Source: Paraspadella gotoi
Lineage: Eukaryota; Animalia; Chaetognatha
Reading direction: 5' to 3'
NCBI GenBank assembly: GCA_051294375.1
Contig: CM119266.1
Coordinates: 8,208,606 to 8,272,605, forward strand
Length of the DNA stretch: 64,000 nucleotides
Below the pieces are notes generated by a model. That model saw only the letters and a program-made list of their open reading frames with translations. It ran no database searches and was not told where the DNA came from. This document shows positions 46,515 through 60,300 of the stretch, one piece after another. Each line of letters starts with the position of its first letter. The stretch's first letter is position 1. The position numbers and the translations under genes were made by a program.

Positions 46515-49141
46515 AAATGAGTGTCTTTGCCAAATGTGTTTCACCTCTTCGTTTCACCTTTTTTCTCTTTTTTTTCATTTTTTCATTTTTTTTTGTCATT
46601 TTTTTTTTCATTTCTCTCTTTGCCTTTCTCTCTCTTCTCTCTTCACTTTATAAGTCTTCTCTTTTCTCTATTGTATTTGCTCTCTCTCTCTCTCCCTTTC
46701 CTTTCATCTCTATTATACTTTTCTCTCTCCATCTTCCACCCAGCCTCCACCCCAGCCGCCCATCCACCCCCCAACACCTCCTACCCACCCACCCACCTAC
46801 CCAGTACCCACCCCACAATCCCCCAACCACCCACGCATCAAATATTTATATCGGAAAACATTCGACAAACATTCGAAGGAGAATAAAAATCTATAATATT
46901 TTCAACATAGTATCGTATTGTATTTCGTATATTGTTAAGTCGCTCTTTACTCCGCTGGTTTAAAATTTAAATGTTGTTTATGAGGTTCAGGTTGACAATT
47001 TCTTACAGGGTGAACCCAGGAGTGCCTTGGGGAAGGAAGTTCTAGAAGGACACCAAATGTTTTTTTGAATTATGAACTCAGTCTTTCTCTGTTTCTGGCG
47101 GGAAAGAAAAAAGTGTTTTTAAGCGACGGGGTGGGGTAGCTTTACATTTTACTCTTTTAAAAACCTTCTTCTTTATAGAATTTTATAGTTGAATATATTT
47201 TTGAAAGCGATGATTCGTTTAAACCGTGGTGATTGTAACAAGTCAGTATATTAAGGCACCAAAAAAGTAACAAACATAAAGAAAACGTTAATGAAAGTAG
47301 AAACCAGAAGAGAATACGGAAACGAGGTCGAGGAGAAAACAATTTTTTCCCCGAATTTGCTCAAACTGGTCATTGGTCGAGGTCGCTGGGGGCGGGCGAG
47401 CGGCTTTTTATAGCCGAGACGGATCCATGATGAGAGATAACCCTCGGGGGCTGGTAAAGCCTGATCAAAGCGATTTGAAACATTCGCATCGTCTAAAGGA
47501 ATTAATTAGAATTTGAGTAAAGAATTTAGTTATTTCGCGAGTTTATGTAAATTCCCTCGTCTCGTCTATGAATTATTAAAAATTCGTAATAAAATTGTCT
47601 CAATTATTAAAAAAATATTTTCCGTGGGCTTAGGTAATTAATTTAAAAAAATGAGAAAAAAAAAGATAGAAAAAAAGATTCCTTATCTTTGCGCCAATTA
47701 AAGGCGTTCACGTCGTCGTCGTCGTCGTCGTCGTCGTCGTTATCTTTCCTATTGTTTCGAAAGACAACGGCGTCTCTATCCTCTTATTTCTTCGTTACTT
47801 CGTCTCGAATGTCTTTTTAAAATTAATTTCGTATTCTCTTCGTCCTTTTTATATTTTATTTCATTTTCTCTATCATTTTTTAATTTTTTGGTTAGGTAAT
47901 CATTTTTGTTTACATTTTTTTTAATACCAGAAACAGTATTGACAAAATCAGAAACAGTTACAGTGTTGCCTTGGCGTTTTTTTAATTTCTAATTTCCCTT
48001 TTTTCTGTTTTTTTTTTCTCAATGTTTTTCAGACGCTTTAATATTGACGTTTTGCTCTGAATTCGTTTATTAGTAACTTTTTTTGGTGACTTTTCCCTTT
48101 CTCTCAGTCATAAATTACGAAAATAATTTTAAGGAATCTTCGTATTTAAAAACCATAAGAAATAATATGCAAATCAGGATGGAAACGAGGCTCACGTTAG
48201 AAAACAAATGATTTATCCACGGGAGTCGACGCGACGCAATTCTGAATGTCACGACCGTCGTACATCGATCTTACCACGTGTTTTTACCGAGTTATCTTAC
48301 GACGACCGAATTCTATTGCATTTTAATGAATGCAAATTCCTGTTTGTTTTTTGTTTTTGGCGGCCGCCGTCGGTAACGGCCATTTTACAACGTTCAAGGT
48401 CTTTCGATTTTTTCCCCTTCTATTCTCGTTTTGAAAAAAAAAGTCACGTGACGCAAAAACGTTGGTTATCGAGTTTTTCTTATCGGTTAATAAAAAAAAA
48501 AATCCTTTTCTTTTTCTTGGTTGAGCGCACTTGGTGACATAGCCGACTTGGTGACATAGCACTTGGTGACATAGCCGACTTGGTGACATAGCACTTGGTG
48601 ACATAGCCGACCGACAGACCGACAATAAACCGACAATAAACTCGACTTCCGTCGTCCCGCTTATCACTTCCGTCTCTGCCGTTGACAAAAAGGATTTTTT
48701 ATCCTTCTTAAGGATCTCGAGATAATGGCGCTCGAGACGTTGGCGTTGTTGTTGTTGTCGTTCTCTCTCTCTCTCTCTTCTCCCTTCCTCCTCTCCCTCT
48801 CTCTCTCCTCTCTCGTCATCTCCTCCTCCTCTCTCTCTCATCTCTCTCCTCTCTCCTCCTCTCTCTTCTCTCGCCAGACGTTCCTTGAGATTTATTGTCC
48901 CGCCCAAAGGGTGCGAGGTCCGCATCCCCTTGTTTTTGTTGTTGTTGTTGCTGTTGTTATTGTCATTCTCATTTTTTGCTTTTGTTTATTGCCGAATTGG
49001 GATCAGATGCCGAGTGGACGTTATTGTTTAGCATTAACGGTGTGGTCGTCGTCGTCATCATCGTCGTCGTTGTGGTCGTCGTCGTCATCTTGGTCGTCAT
49101 CATCATCTTCACCTTCATCTCTGTCGTCGTTATCGTCGTCC

Positions 49142-49176
<35 letters not shown>

Positions 49177-49228
49177 GCCATCTCCGAAAAATAAGAAAAA
49201 AACAAAGACGAATCGTCGCGACACCTTC

Positions 49229-49322
<94 letters not shown>

Positions 49323-51019
49323 TCTTCACCTTTAATCCTTCTTCATTCGAAACGTTTATTAAGAAAAACGCGTTGGCCTTACCTTTTTCTTTCTTTGCTT
49401 CTCTTTCTTTTTATGCCATAATCCCTTAATGCCACCTTCCATTTTTTTTATTTTATCTACTTACTTAAATGCACAATTAATGCGACCTTCCCTTTTACAT
49501 TTTATCCTTTCTTAATGCCACATTACCTTTCTCAATGAATTTCCTTTTTGTTTGCCATGTTCGCATTTTCTTTAAGGTAGGTTTTTTTTTCCATACCTTA
49601 CCTCTCACTGTCACAACTTTTTTTATTCGGTCCCATGCCATGCGATCCTCTCTCATAAATTTTCTTTTCTCTCCTCATTCTCTATATCTTCCATGTCATT
49701 CCTTACCTCCTCATTTTTTTGCTATCTCCCCCCTTCTCCCATGCCATCTCTCCTCTCTGCCATGCCATTTTACCTTTCCTTTCCCTTGCAATTTCCAATT
49801 TTCTCTCGAAACTTAACAATAGCAATATTGACATCATTCTACATTGGCCGGTAAAAGAAGTCAGAGCTTAGTCCTTCGCATACATTGCTCCCCTTCCTCT
49901 CCCATGCCATAACCGCTCTTCCCTCTCCCATGCCCCCAGGTCCCCGTCCGCGTCAAGGACATAATCCGCGACATGATGCGCCCGAGATGTCGAATGGTCG
50001 ACGCCGACATTCGAAAGGGGAAATACTTGACGGCGACGGCGATCTTCAGAGGGAGAGTGTCGACGAGGGAAGTGGAGACCTCGTTGAAGGCGCTCAGGTG
50101 GAAAGGGGGCGTTGCTGTCGTCGTCCTTCTTATTTTTCTCTCTTTCTCTCCATTCTCCTCGCCCTTCTCCCTCTCCCTCCCTCATTCCCCACTGCTAATC
50201 TCCTTTCCCCTCTCCTATTTTCACTCTCCCAATCTTCCTTCTATTTCGCTTCTCCCTCCTCCTTTTCCTCCTCCCTCCCTCTCTCCTCGCCCTTCTCCCT
50301 CTCCCTCCCTCATTCCCCACTGCTAATCTCCTTCCTCCTCTTTCCCTTCTCCCTCCTCCTTTTCCTCTTCCCTCCTCCTCTTTCCCTCTCTCCTCGTCCT
50401 CAGAGACAAGAACCGCGACAAGTTCGTGGATTGGATTCCCGACAACGCCAAGATCGCAGTCTGCGACATCTCGCCCAACGGACTCCAACGCTGCGCGACC
50501 TTCTTCACCAACAACACGGCCATCGCTCAAGTCTGGGTCAGGATTTTGGAACAGTTCAGGACCATGTACAGGAGGAGGGCGTATTTGCACTGGTGATTAC
50601 TTGCAACTGGGAGTGGGTGAGGGGGGAGGGTTGAGGGGGAGGGAGAAGAAAGAAGAGAGGGGTAAAGGAATTAAGGAAACAGAGGAGAAAAGAAGGAAAG
50701 AGAGTCACATTATATTAGAGAATAATGTTAGAAATATAATGTGAAAACGGGTTTTGTCGGTTGTGACGTGATGGGCGACAAAACTTGGTAGGCGACAGAG
50801 AGAGAGGAAAGAGGACGATGAAGAGAGAAGACGATGAGAGAGAGAGAGAGATGACGAGGAGAGAGAGGATGAGAGAGAGAAACGAAGCGAGTATCCCACC
50901 CATTTGGTTAGATAAAAATTAGCTTCCCCACAAGTCATTACCTTGACAACGCAGATCATCGATAAGCAATCGACCCCGAACCACACTTTTCCTTCCTTTC
51001 AGACCGAAACGAACCACCG

Positions 51020-51058
<39 letters not shown>

Positions 51059-51400
51059 ACTCTCTCTCTTCCTCCTCCCTCCCGTTCTCTCTCTCATCTC
51101 CTCGCTCCCTTCTCTTTCCGTCCCTTCTCTCTCTCTCTCGTCTCTTCTCTCTCTGTCCTCTCTCTCTCTCTCTCTCCTCTCTCTCCCTTCTCTCTCTTCT
51201 CTCTCTCTCTCTCTCCTCCCTCCTTCTCCTCCCCTGCCTTCCTGCTCTCCGCCTCCACTCCCTCTCGTCTCCCTCTCCTCTCTCTCGCCTCTCCCTCCCT
51301 CTCCCTCCCTCCCTCCAGGTTTCCTCGGCGAAGGAATGAGAGCACACTTGCCGGACCTACCCGGCGGAATTCTGTTCTCCTCGACGCGCTATGTTGAGTA
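38709..51400 (+). CDS. Highly divergent beta-tubulin (10 exons here; C-terminus probably continues at 63.1 kb)
   Basis: Exons 38709-38868 ([23 protein letters not shown]), 39083-39235 (FVPRAV.IDLD, FRPDNF), 40194-40285 ([10 protein letters not shown]), 40420-40539 ([19 protein letters not shown]), 41108-41200 ([13 protein letters not shown]), 41482-41652 ([20 protein letters not shown]; one extra C at ~41562), 44653-44722 (LHF), 49940-50097 ([13 protein letters not shown]), 50404-50592 ([20 protein letters not shown]), 51319-~51400 (FLGEG, noisy). MREI, FPGQLN and KLAVN indicate the beta class. Confidence 0.93.
45486..45587. repeat. 12-bp minisatellite (ctggcttgctat)n
   Basis: About 8 near-identical units in a tubulin intron. 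Confidence 0.9.
48527..48611. repeat. Alternating 15/17-bp minisatellite (acttggtgacatagc[cg])
   Basis: Five copies of cttggtgacatagc separated alternately by cga and a. Confidence 0.9.
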
Positions 51401-51619
51401 TGTGCGGCGAAGTATTATTTTGCAAGCTTACCAATTGGATCTCTGGCTGGCAGAAGCTTCGCGTAATAGAGCGTAAGAACGTATCTCGGCCACGAGTTCG
51501 AGGAGAAGAAGCAGGAGGTAGGATGTCCTCAGTCCTACACTGTGATTCTGTACGACCAGTTAGTTCAGAAGTCGGGTGTTATTACAAAGAAGAGATCGTA
51601 GGATATTATATTTGATGGT

Positions 51620-54600
51620 TTGTTAGGGGAAGGCAAACAGTGGGAAGTTCCGCCTCGGAACCACGCAGAATTGGGATTGGGGTTGGTTATGCTTTCGAAT
51701 TGAGACTCCTGTGGTCGAGCGGGGTGTGCACTCGGCTCGGGTTCCGCCGGAACCTAAATATTGGTCACGGTGAGCCGTCATTGGACCCTTGTTACTAAAA
51801 TGAAAGCCAGAAAACGGCGCGTTTTCAAACAGACGCAAGCCCTTACTTTTCTATTACAAAGCGAGAGGTTGAAATGATTTTTTTGAATGGCCCACCATAC
51901 CTTAACGCTGTGGTATCTTCATTGAGGATATGGGGCGCCGTTCGTCTATGTGGCTCACCCAAGAGAAGAATTGCAACCACCTGCCAGCAAACACACGAAT
52001 GCTAGCGCCCCCCCAATCTTCAAAACAAACCCACCTCCCCGCGAGGGCCAGGCCACCTCCCCACCCACCCACACACACATTCATATTCGTCCTCCCAACC
52101 TTCCCCCCATGGAGGACGGACATTGCAGCTCCTCCCTCCCCTCTTCTCTTCTCCGAAACTCGTTTTCGTTCCTCCCTTGCATCGCCAAGGGCTTTTCTTG
52201 GCCCGCCGCCGGGGACAATGAATTGTGTTTAACTTGTCTCTATTCTCCGGGCTGGTCGAGGGAGACAGGAATTTTGCCGGCGTGTAGTCCCGGAAAGTCG
52301 TGCTCTTTCCATTTCCTTCGGCCGAGGGACCTGGCGAGGGAGGGAGCGGAACGAGGGAGAGAGAGACGAGGCAGAAGGAAGAAGAAGAAACGGGGGCGAA
52401 GAGTACTGAGGGAGATCGGAGACGGAGGGGAGGAGGTGAGGGAGGAAAAGGTAGAGGAGGGACGAAGAAAGAGAGAAGAGAGGAAAAGGAGAGAGGAGAC
52501 GACGAGGGAAGAGGAGAGAGAAGAGAACGAGAGAAGAGAGAGAAGATGAGAGAGAGAGAGGAGAAGGAACAAGGAGAAGAAAGAAATAAAGGAGAGATGG
52601 GAGAGAGGAGAGGAGAGCGAAAGGAGGGGAGGGAGGGGAGGGGAGGAGGAAAAAGAAGAGAGGTAAGACAAGTGAGATGTGGAGAGAGAGAGAAAAAGAA
52701 TAGAACAGAGGAGGAGGAGAGGGGGCGTGGTTCGGTTTTTCCTCGGTTTCTGATAAGGACGGAAAAAGTGGTTTCGTCGTTGCTTATGAGGGTCTTGGGC
52801 GGTTTGTCAAAGTAACTGGGACCTTTGGTGGGGAAGCTATTTTCTTATCTAACAAATCGGTGCGGATTACTCCGCGCCTTCTCGTTCTCTCTCTCCTCCC
52901 TCCTCTTCTCTTCTTCCCTTCTTCTCTTCTCGTCCTCTCCTTCTTTCTCTCCTCTGAGGTCTGTCCTCCGCGCGTCTGTAATCTTCCGATTCCTCTCCAT
53001 CTTCTACCGTAATTTCCGGGAGCATGCAGCCGCCTAGACCCAGCCGGATCGAAGCGAGACGTGTCCTGCGAGCGCCCTAGCGCGCAACATCTACTAAAAT
53101 GGACATACCATCTGCCCTCGCAAATTTGCCTTTCTGTACCCTATATTTTACGAGGTTTTATCTCTATACAAACGCGACTTTTCCACATCCTCTCTCTCTC
53201 TCTCTCTTCTTCTCTCTCTCTCGCCTACCAAGTTCAAGGTCCGCCATTCACAAGGTCTCACACAAACAAACCCCGGTTATCACATTTATTCTAATTAATT
53301 ATCTATATGCATGGAATCTCTCATTTCTCCTCTCTTTCTATTCCTTAGCCCTCATCCTCTTCTTCTCTACTCTCACGCCTCCCCCTCACCCCTCCCCCAC
53401 TTCACCCATCTCTACCAGTTGCAATGTACGTGGCCCTCCATTCCTGTACTGAAGTCGAGGTCCTGATACTGTTTCCAAAATCCCTCGTACCCAGACATTT
53501 GGAGCGATGGCCGGTTGGGGTATTGGTAAGAATATCTGTCGCGCAGTCGTTGGAGTTCCGTTGGGCGGATCGTATATGTCGCAGACTGCGATACTTGGCG
53601 TGTCCACGTGGGTGGAGAAATCCAAATTCCACGAACTTGTCGCTAATGTAAGATTCTTTGTCGATAATACTTGCAGGACGAAGGACGGAGATAGAGGGTA
53701 GGGAGGGGTGGAAATAGAAGAGAAACAGGAGGAAGGGAGATAAGCGAACAAGAGGGAGGGAGGGGCGTGACATTGGTGATGAGGTGAAAAAGAAGAGGAG
53801 AGGTGAAAGCGGAAGACATTTAGCCCAGTGGGGAAATGGGGAGGGAGAAGTGAAGATTGAGGCGAGGAGGAGAGGGTAGGGGAGGAGGAAGTAATGGACT
53901 GAGCAATCGGGATGAAGGCGAAAAGGTACGTGAAGAGAGTGGATGATTTGGAGAGTTGAAAATAGGCAGAGGGGAAATTAATGGAGATTAGCACGTGGGG
54001 AATGAGGTAGTGAATGAGGGTAAGAAAGTGCCGAGGAGATCCGAGAGGAAGGTAGGTAGGGAAAAGAAGAGGGTGAGAAGTGAAGTAAGCGCGCAAAAAT
54101 TAGAAAAAGAAGGAGAATTGGTCGATGATTCCGAAAAAGAAGGAGAGGGGAAATAGGAAGTTTAGCCAAACGCGCTCCGGTGCTTCACTCTTCTCGCTTG
54201 TAGGTGGGGACATATGTAGTGGACAGTCGATGATCGGAGAGATAAGGGCCGAGGAAACTGGAGGACGAAAGAGAATGGTTGAAGAACAAAAGAATAAGAA
54301 GGTCCGGACGACAGTCTACACGACCCCCCTTATACCACTGAGCGCCTTCACTTGTAGGTTCTTATCACTTCCCTCGTCGAACACTCTCCCTCCTTGGAAG
54401 ATTCGCCGTCCGGCACCTGTCAAGTATTTTTCCCCTTTCGGAATGTCCGCGTATCGACCATCGATACATCTCGGGAGATAACAAAAAAACCCCGGCACAT
54501 ATTAGTGTCGCGGATTATGTCACTTGTTACGCGGACGGGGGACCTGGGGTTTTGAGGAAAGCCCGAAACTCGTGGAATCACCGAGGACTTTATCGGATCA

Positions 54601-57334
54601 CAGCCAAAAGGATCTTTTTGAACTTCATTTAAAGACGTCGTACTCAAATAAACCGTATCTGCCGTTTTCTCGATTATGTATGATTAGTTGAGTTGAATTC
54701 ATTTAATTCCGTTTCTATTTCCAGCCTTATTAGATCCAGCACCTGTATTATTTGCCATTAACGTGAATGTAAGAATATGCTTGATGATTTTCTATTGACC
54801 GCCCTAGCGTCGCTTTTGTGTGCTTCCTCTCTCTCTGTTACAGAATCCACTCATTTAAGAGTTCCGATAAGGGAAATTCACTCTTTTTAGCTCCTTTGGC
54901 CATCCCGGTGTTGACCCGGCCGCTTCGCATAGAACTCCGTTTCTGGTGGTGGCTGCCCTAGTGACGCAAACGGCAAATCCACCGATGCCTCGCCATGCCC
55001 GTTCAGTCATTCCTGACTCTGCGTCCCTTCCTCTGCACGATTCCCCCGTTACTCCCCATCCAAACTACTGGTGCCATCCGGCCCACCACCTATAGTCGGG
55101 CATGGGACCTGTAAGGTTATTGACATGTGAGAGGAAGAAAGGTCTATTGAATGGGAGACGGAAGAGAGGTTTTTTTATGGCATGGGAGAGGGAAGAGAGG
55201 TTTATGGCATGGAAGAGGGAAGAGAAGTCTATGGCGATGGGAGATTTCAAACAAGGTACAGTGTGAAAGTGGATTTTATCACGGACAATATGATGGGAGG
55301 GGGATATGATGTGTCTGCGTCATGGCATGCGGGATGATGTTGGTGAAGAGAGGTTATGGCATGGGAGAGGAATTGGGCTTCCCATTACAGCAGCAACTCG
55401 CTTATATGCTTCCATCTCTCACGGCAGAGCATTAAGTCATTCGGTCTAGCAACTGACCCCGCTTTGGGAGAGAGAAAGCCACGGAAATGGCATTCCAACT
55501 CCGGGGCCGAAAGAATTGTAGAAATTGAGCCAAGGAGAAAAAAGTGTAAACCAATGTGGTTCCTCATATCAATTTTTTGGCAACCATGGCATGAGAGGGA
55601 GACCGATTGGCATGGGAGTAAGAGGAGGATGATGGCCCAAAGACAAAAAATGAAGGAGGGAAAAGGAATGACCATTTCGGAAGATATATGAGACATGAGG
55701 GGAGGAGAATAAGAAAACAAATTTATGAGAGAGGATCGCATTGGCCATTGGGACGAAAAATAAAAGAAAGAATAACAAGTTGTGATCACGTGAGAGGGTA
55801 AGGTACTTTGGAAACGCGGGAAAAAAAAAATAAAATACCTACCCCCTTTAATAGATTAAATAATGCCGAAAAATCGGCCATATACACGCTCGCAAAGCAA
55901 AAGAGGATCGCAAGTCCCAAGGAACATTGAGAAAGGGAGAATGTTTGCTGATCAGGTTTCAAGGACGATAACAAGTTAAGAAAGGATAAGGAGTAATCCC
56001 CGCATTAAAAATAGGTGCTTAACGTCACACAGAAGAGTAGAATTAAGCAATAAAAAATGGGAATACGGGTGTTCATTAGAGGAGAATATTGGTTCCATTC
56101 TAACCATAAAAAAGTGGAAAGAGAAGCCAGAGAAAAAGAAAAAAGGTCAGATGAGCCCAACCGCGTTTTTTTCTTAATAAACCGTTTATAGAATTGAAGC
56201 GGCGATTACAAGGTGAGGAAGGAGATGAGCGAGTGATATAGCAAGAGAGAGGAGAGAGAGAGGATCGGAGACAGATGCTGAGCTAGAGGCGACGGAGAGA
56301 GGGAAGAAGGAAAACAGAGGTAGAACGGATGTATTTCGATGGACTATCTAGATGACCCGCAATCGAATTGATGTGGCAACTGTTTTGCAGTATGAGAGCT
56401 ATTCAGAGCGCTCATGTGCGAATGGTCGAGTCGAGAGAGATACGATGAGCGTCAAGGAGAAGGAGGAGCATATACAGATCCAGAATATCGATCATATCAC
56501 TAATCACCCACTATTCTACAATAGGGACGGACCTGAAGCTCATCTTTTGTTTACCACTAGCTGTTAAGTCCTCGGGGGTTACGTCTTGATTCGTCTTTTT
56601 TTTTCTTATTATCATTATTTGATTATTCTATCAGAGAGATCTCATCCGAACAACGATGGCGACTCCCTCGACCGACTCGAATATGACCGATGTCTCGGGA
56701 CGACTTATAACGAACGACGTAACCAGACGATGATAGGTGAAAGATTGACTTGTTAGATATGACCGACCAGGGGTGACGTACGACTGGAGACCACCAACGA
56801 CGTACGCATGGGATGACGACGACGCAAAAAAACAAAAACAACTCTCACCCGGATTATGTCTAAACCCCAATAAGTTCCTCACATACCCGTATAAACTTGG
56901 AATTAACGGACTGTTTCTGATGGCACTTTCCAATTCCTACCCTGGGCGTCTGTATATAAAGGATAAACAAAAGGAAAAATGAGTCCAATGCAACTCTAAT
57001 AAACACAAATTCCCAAAACACACAGAAACGTCGATTCACTTGGGCACCCGACGGACGACGCCATGACCCCCCAGTAGGACCACACCAGTTAGGCTACACC
57101 GCCGAGAGTCCGCGACAGATGAGAGAGACGGGGATGTGCATCACGAGAACACGATGTACGAGAGGCGATGAGGGTTTCCCGTGAGATGGATAGAGGACCG
57201 AGTGATGAGAGAAGCGCGATTGTGATGCGACCGCGCGCGCCGGGAGACGACCCGAAAGGTATGAGGAGGAAGTCGGTTGCGGAGGAGGAGGAGAGGAGTA
57301 CGCACGACAAACGCTGAACAATCCAACGCAACGC
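51620..57334 (-). other. Inverted, indel-rich copy of the tubulin 3' region (probable raw long-read artefact)
   Basis: Reverse-complement copies of exon 10 (~52260-52335), exon 9 (~53420-53670) and exon 8 (~54340-54545), plus matching introns, with scattered 1-3 nt indels throughout. Confidence 0.8.
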
Positions 57335-57359
57335 NNNNNNNNNNNNNNNNNNNNNNNNN

Positions 57360-60300
57360 TCTTTTATATTTTATTTCATTTTTCTCTATCATTTTTTTTT
57401 AATTTTTTGGTACGGTAATCAATTTTTGTTTACCATTGTTTTTTTTTAATTACCAGAAAACCAGTATGACAATAATCAGAAACATTACACAGCTGTTGCT
57501 TGGCGTTTTTTTTTTTTAATTTCTAATTTCCCCTTTTTTTCTTTGTTTTTCTTTTTTTTTTTCTCAATATGTTGGTTTTTCAAGACGCACTTTAATATTG
57601 GGACGTTTTGCTTCTGAATTCGTTTTATTTACGTAACTTTTTGTTGGTGCACTTTTCCACTTTTCTCAGTTTCCATAGAATTACGAAAATTAATTTTTTA
57701 AGGGGAATTTCCGATTTTTTAAAAAACCATAAGAATAATATGCAAATCAGGAATGGAAACGACGGCTGGCTCTACGTTAAGAAAAACCAAATGAATTTAT
57801 CACGGGAAGGATCGACCCGCGACCACGCAAATTTTTTGAATTTCCACGACGTATAGTACATCGATATCCTTACCACGTGTTTTTACCGAGTTATTATCTT
57901 ACGACGGGGGGAAAAGACCCCCCCGAATTCTATTGCATTTTTAGATGAATGCCAAATGTCCTTGTTCTTGTTTTTGTTTTTTGGTCGGCCGCCCGTCCCG
58001 GTAACGTCCATCCATTATTTTTTACACTGTTCAAAAAGTCTTATTTTTTCGATTGTCTCCCCCTATTCTATCCTCTCGTTTGAAAAAAAAACGAGAAAAA
58101 GAGTCAGCTTGACGGCAAATATACGTTTGGTATTATCGAGTTTTTCTAATCGGTTAATTAAAAAAAAAAAAAAAATCCTTTTCTTTTATTTCTTGGTTAG
58201 TTGCAGCGCGTGCACTTAGGGTGACATAAATTAGATACCCGACCGACAGTCACCTATGAACAGAACCGAGACAGACGACAATAACGACAATTAACAACTC
58301 GACTTTCCGACTTCGTTCCCTCGCTTATTCACCTTTACCCGTCCTCGTCCGTCTTATCTGACAAAAGGTATTTTTTTTTCCTCTTTAAGGGATCTCGAAG
58401 ATTAATGGGACGCCCAGACGTTGCGGTATATTGTTCTTGTTGTTGTCGTTATCTCTCTCTCCTCTCTCTCTAGCCTCGTCTCTCTTCTCTCTCCTTCCTC
58501 TCTCTCTCCTCTCTCACTCTCTCTTGCTCATCTCTTCCCTCTCTCTCCTCTCTTCTCTCTCTCTCTCTCCTGCCCAAGTGTGAAGGTTCGATCTTGTTTT
58601 TGTTTGTTTATGTTGTTTGTCTGTTTTTATTGTGTCATTCTCCATTTTTGCTTCTTGGTTATTAGGGCCCGAATTGGGATATCAGATGCGAGGTCGGACG
58701 TTGGTTTAGCAGTTAATGGATGATGGGCCGGTCGGTCGTCTTCATCTGTCGTCAGTATTGTATCTGTTTCGTATCGTTCGTCACGGGTGTGGGGCGTCGT
58801 ACACCGCTGGTCCGTTCGTCATTTGGCATCATCTTCCCCTTCATATCTCTGGTCGTCTACCAGACGTATCGTCTCGTCCTTTGAGCGTGTTATCCCTCCA
58901 CTGTCGTCATCTATCGCGTACTTTATCCTTATGCGGCCTCGTCGCACCCAGTCTCCGAAAAAAATAAGAAAAAAAAGTAAATCGTTCGCGACACCTCCTT
59001 GTTTATTTTTTCTCTCTTTTCTCTCTATCAACTCTTGCTTGCCTCTCTTCTCTTCTCTCTCTCTGCCTCTTCTCTCTCACTCTCTCTCTCTCTCGGTGCT
59101 CTCTCTCTCTCTCTCTCTCTCTCCTCTCTCCTCCCCTTCCTTCACGTTAGATCCTTCACTTTCTAACGTTTATTATAGAGAAAGTGTTGCACCCCCTCAT
59201 ACCTTTTATTTTCTTCTTTCTGTACTTTCTTCTTTCTTTTATGCCCTGAATGCCTTCAATGACCCTTCCACTTTTTTACGCTTTTATCCTCTACCTTACT
59301 TAAATGCAACATGTAATGGCAGACCTTCCCTTACCTTTTACTAATCCTTTGGGCCTTACCAGGGCCCGCACATTACCCTTTCTCAATGACTTTCCTGTTT
59401 GTTTGCGCCATTTTCGCATTATCTTTTAAGGTAGGTTTTTTTTTTCCTTACCTTACCTACTACTGTCACAACTTTTATTTCTTTCTTTTTATTCGGTTCC
59501 CATGCCATGCGAATCTCTCTCATAAAATCTTTTCTTTTCTTCTCCTCATTTCTTCTTATTATCTTCCATGTCATTCCTATTTTCCTCCTTATTTTTTTTT
59601 TGCCATTTATTCCCCCCTTTCTCCCAATGCCAATTTCTCCTCTCTGCGCATGCCATTTTTTACCTTTCCTTTTTCCTTGCGAATTTCTTAGATTTTCGCT
59701 CGATGCATTTCTCTTCTCTTTTCTCTACCCACTGTCTATTGCGTCCAAATGTATTCGCTTCTCCGAGGAGCATACACTTGCTCCCATTCCTCATCCCATG
59801 CCATAAACCCTCTCTTTCCCTTTCTCCCTATGCCATGACCTTGCTCATCCCTCTTCCCATTGCCATAACCTCCCGCTACCCCTTCTCACCATGCCATAAA
59901 CTTCTCTTCCCTCTTCCCATGCCAATTAACCTTTCTCTTCCCTCTCTCATGCCATAACCTCTCCTGCTTCCGTGCTCCATATTGGTCATAAACCTCTCTT
60001 CCTCCTCCCATGTCATTAACCTCTCCCCATGGCTCCCCTGTTGGTGGCCGGAAATGCACATGTGTTTTGGTGGAGATGTGCGAGATTCTGCAGAAAGGAA
60101 AGGGGGGGGGGGGGGGAAGGGTCGCGCGGGCTCTTCAGCGCAGCGGCGAGCGCATGCACCGAGTAGATTTGCCCACAGGGCCAGCACAACGGGATCTGGC
60201 CGTTCTATGCGAGTATGCGGCCGGATTCGTGACCACGAGAATGGCAACCCTTAAATGAATGGAATGATCTGTAACGAGAGAGAGCATAGGCACAACAAAG

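Noticed and set aside
48527-48611. CRISPR-like short repeats
   Set aside because: Units are adjacent with only 1-3 nt between them; no unique spacers, no cas genes, eukaryotic intron.
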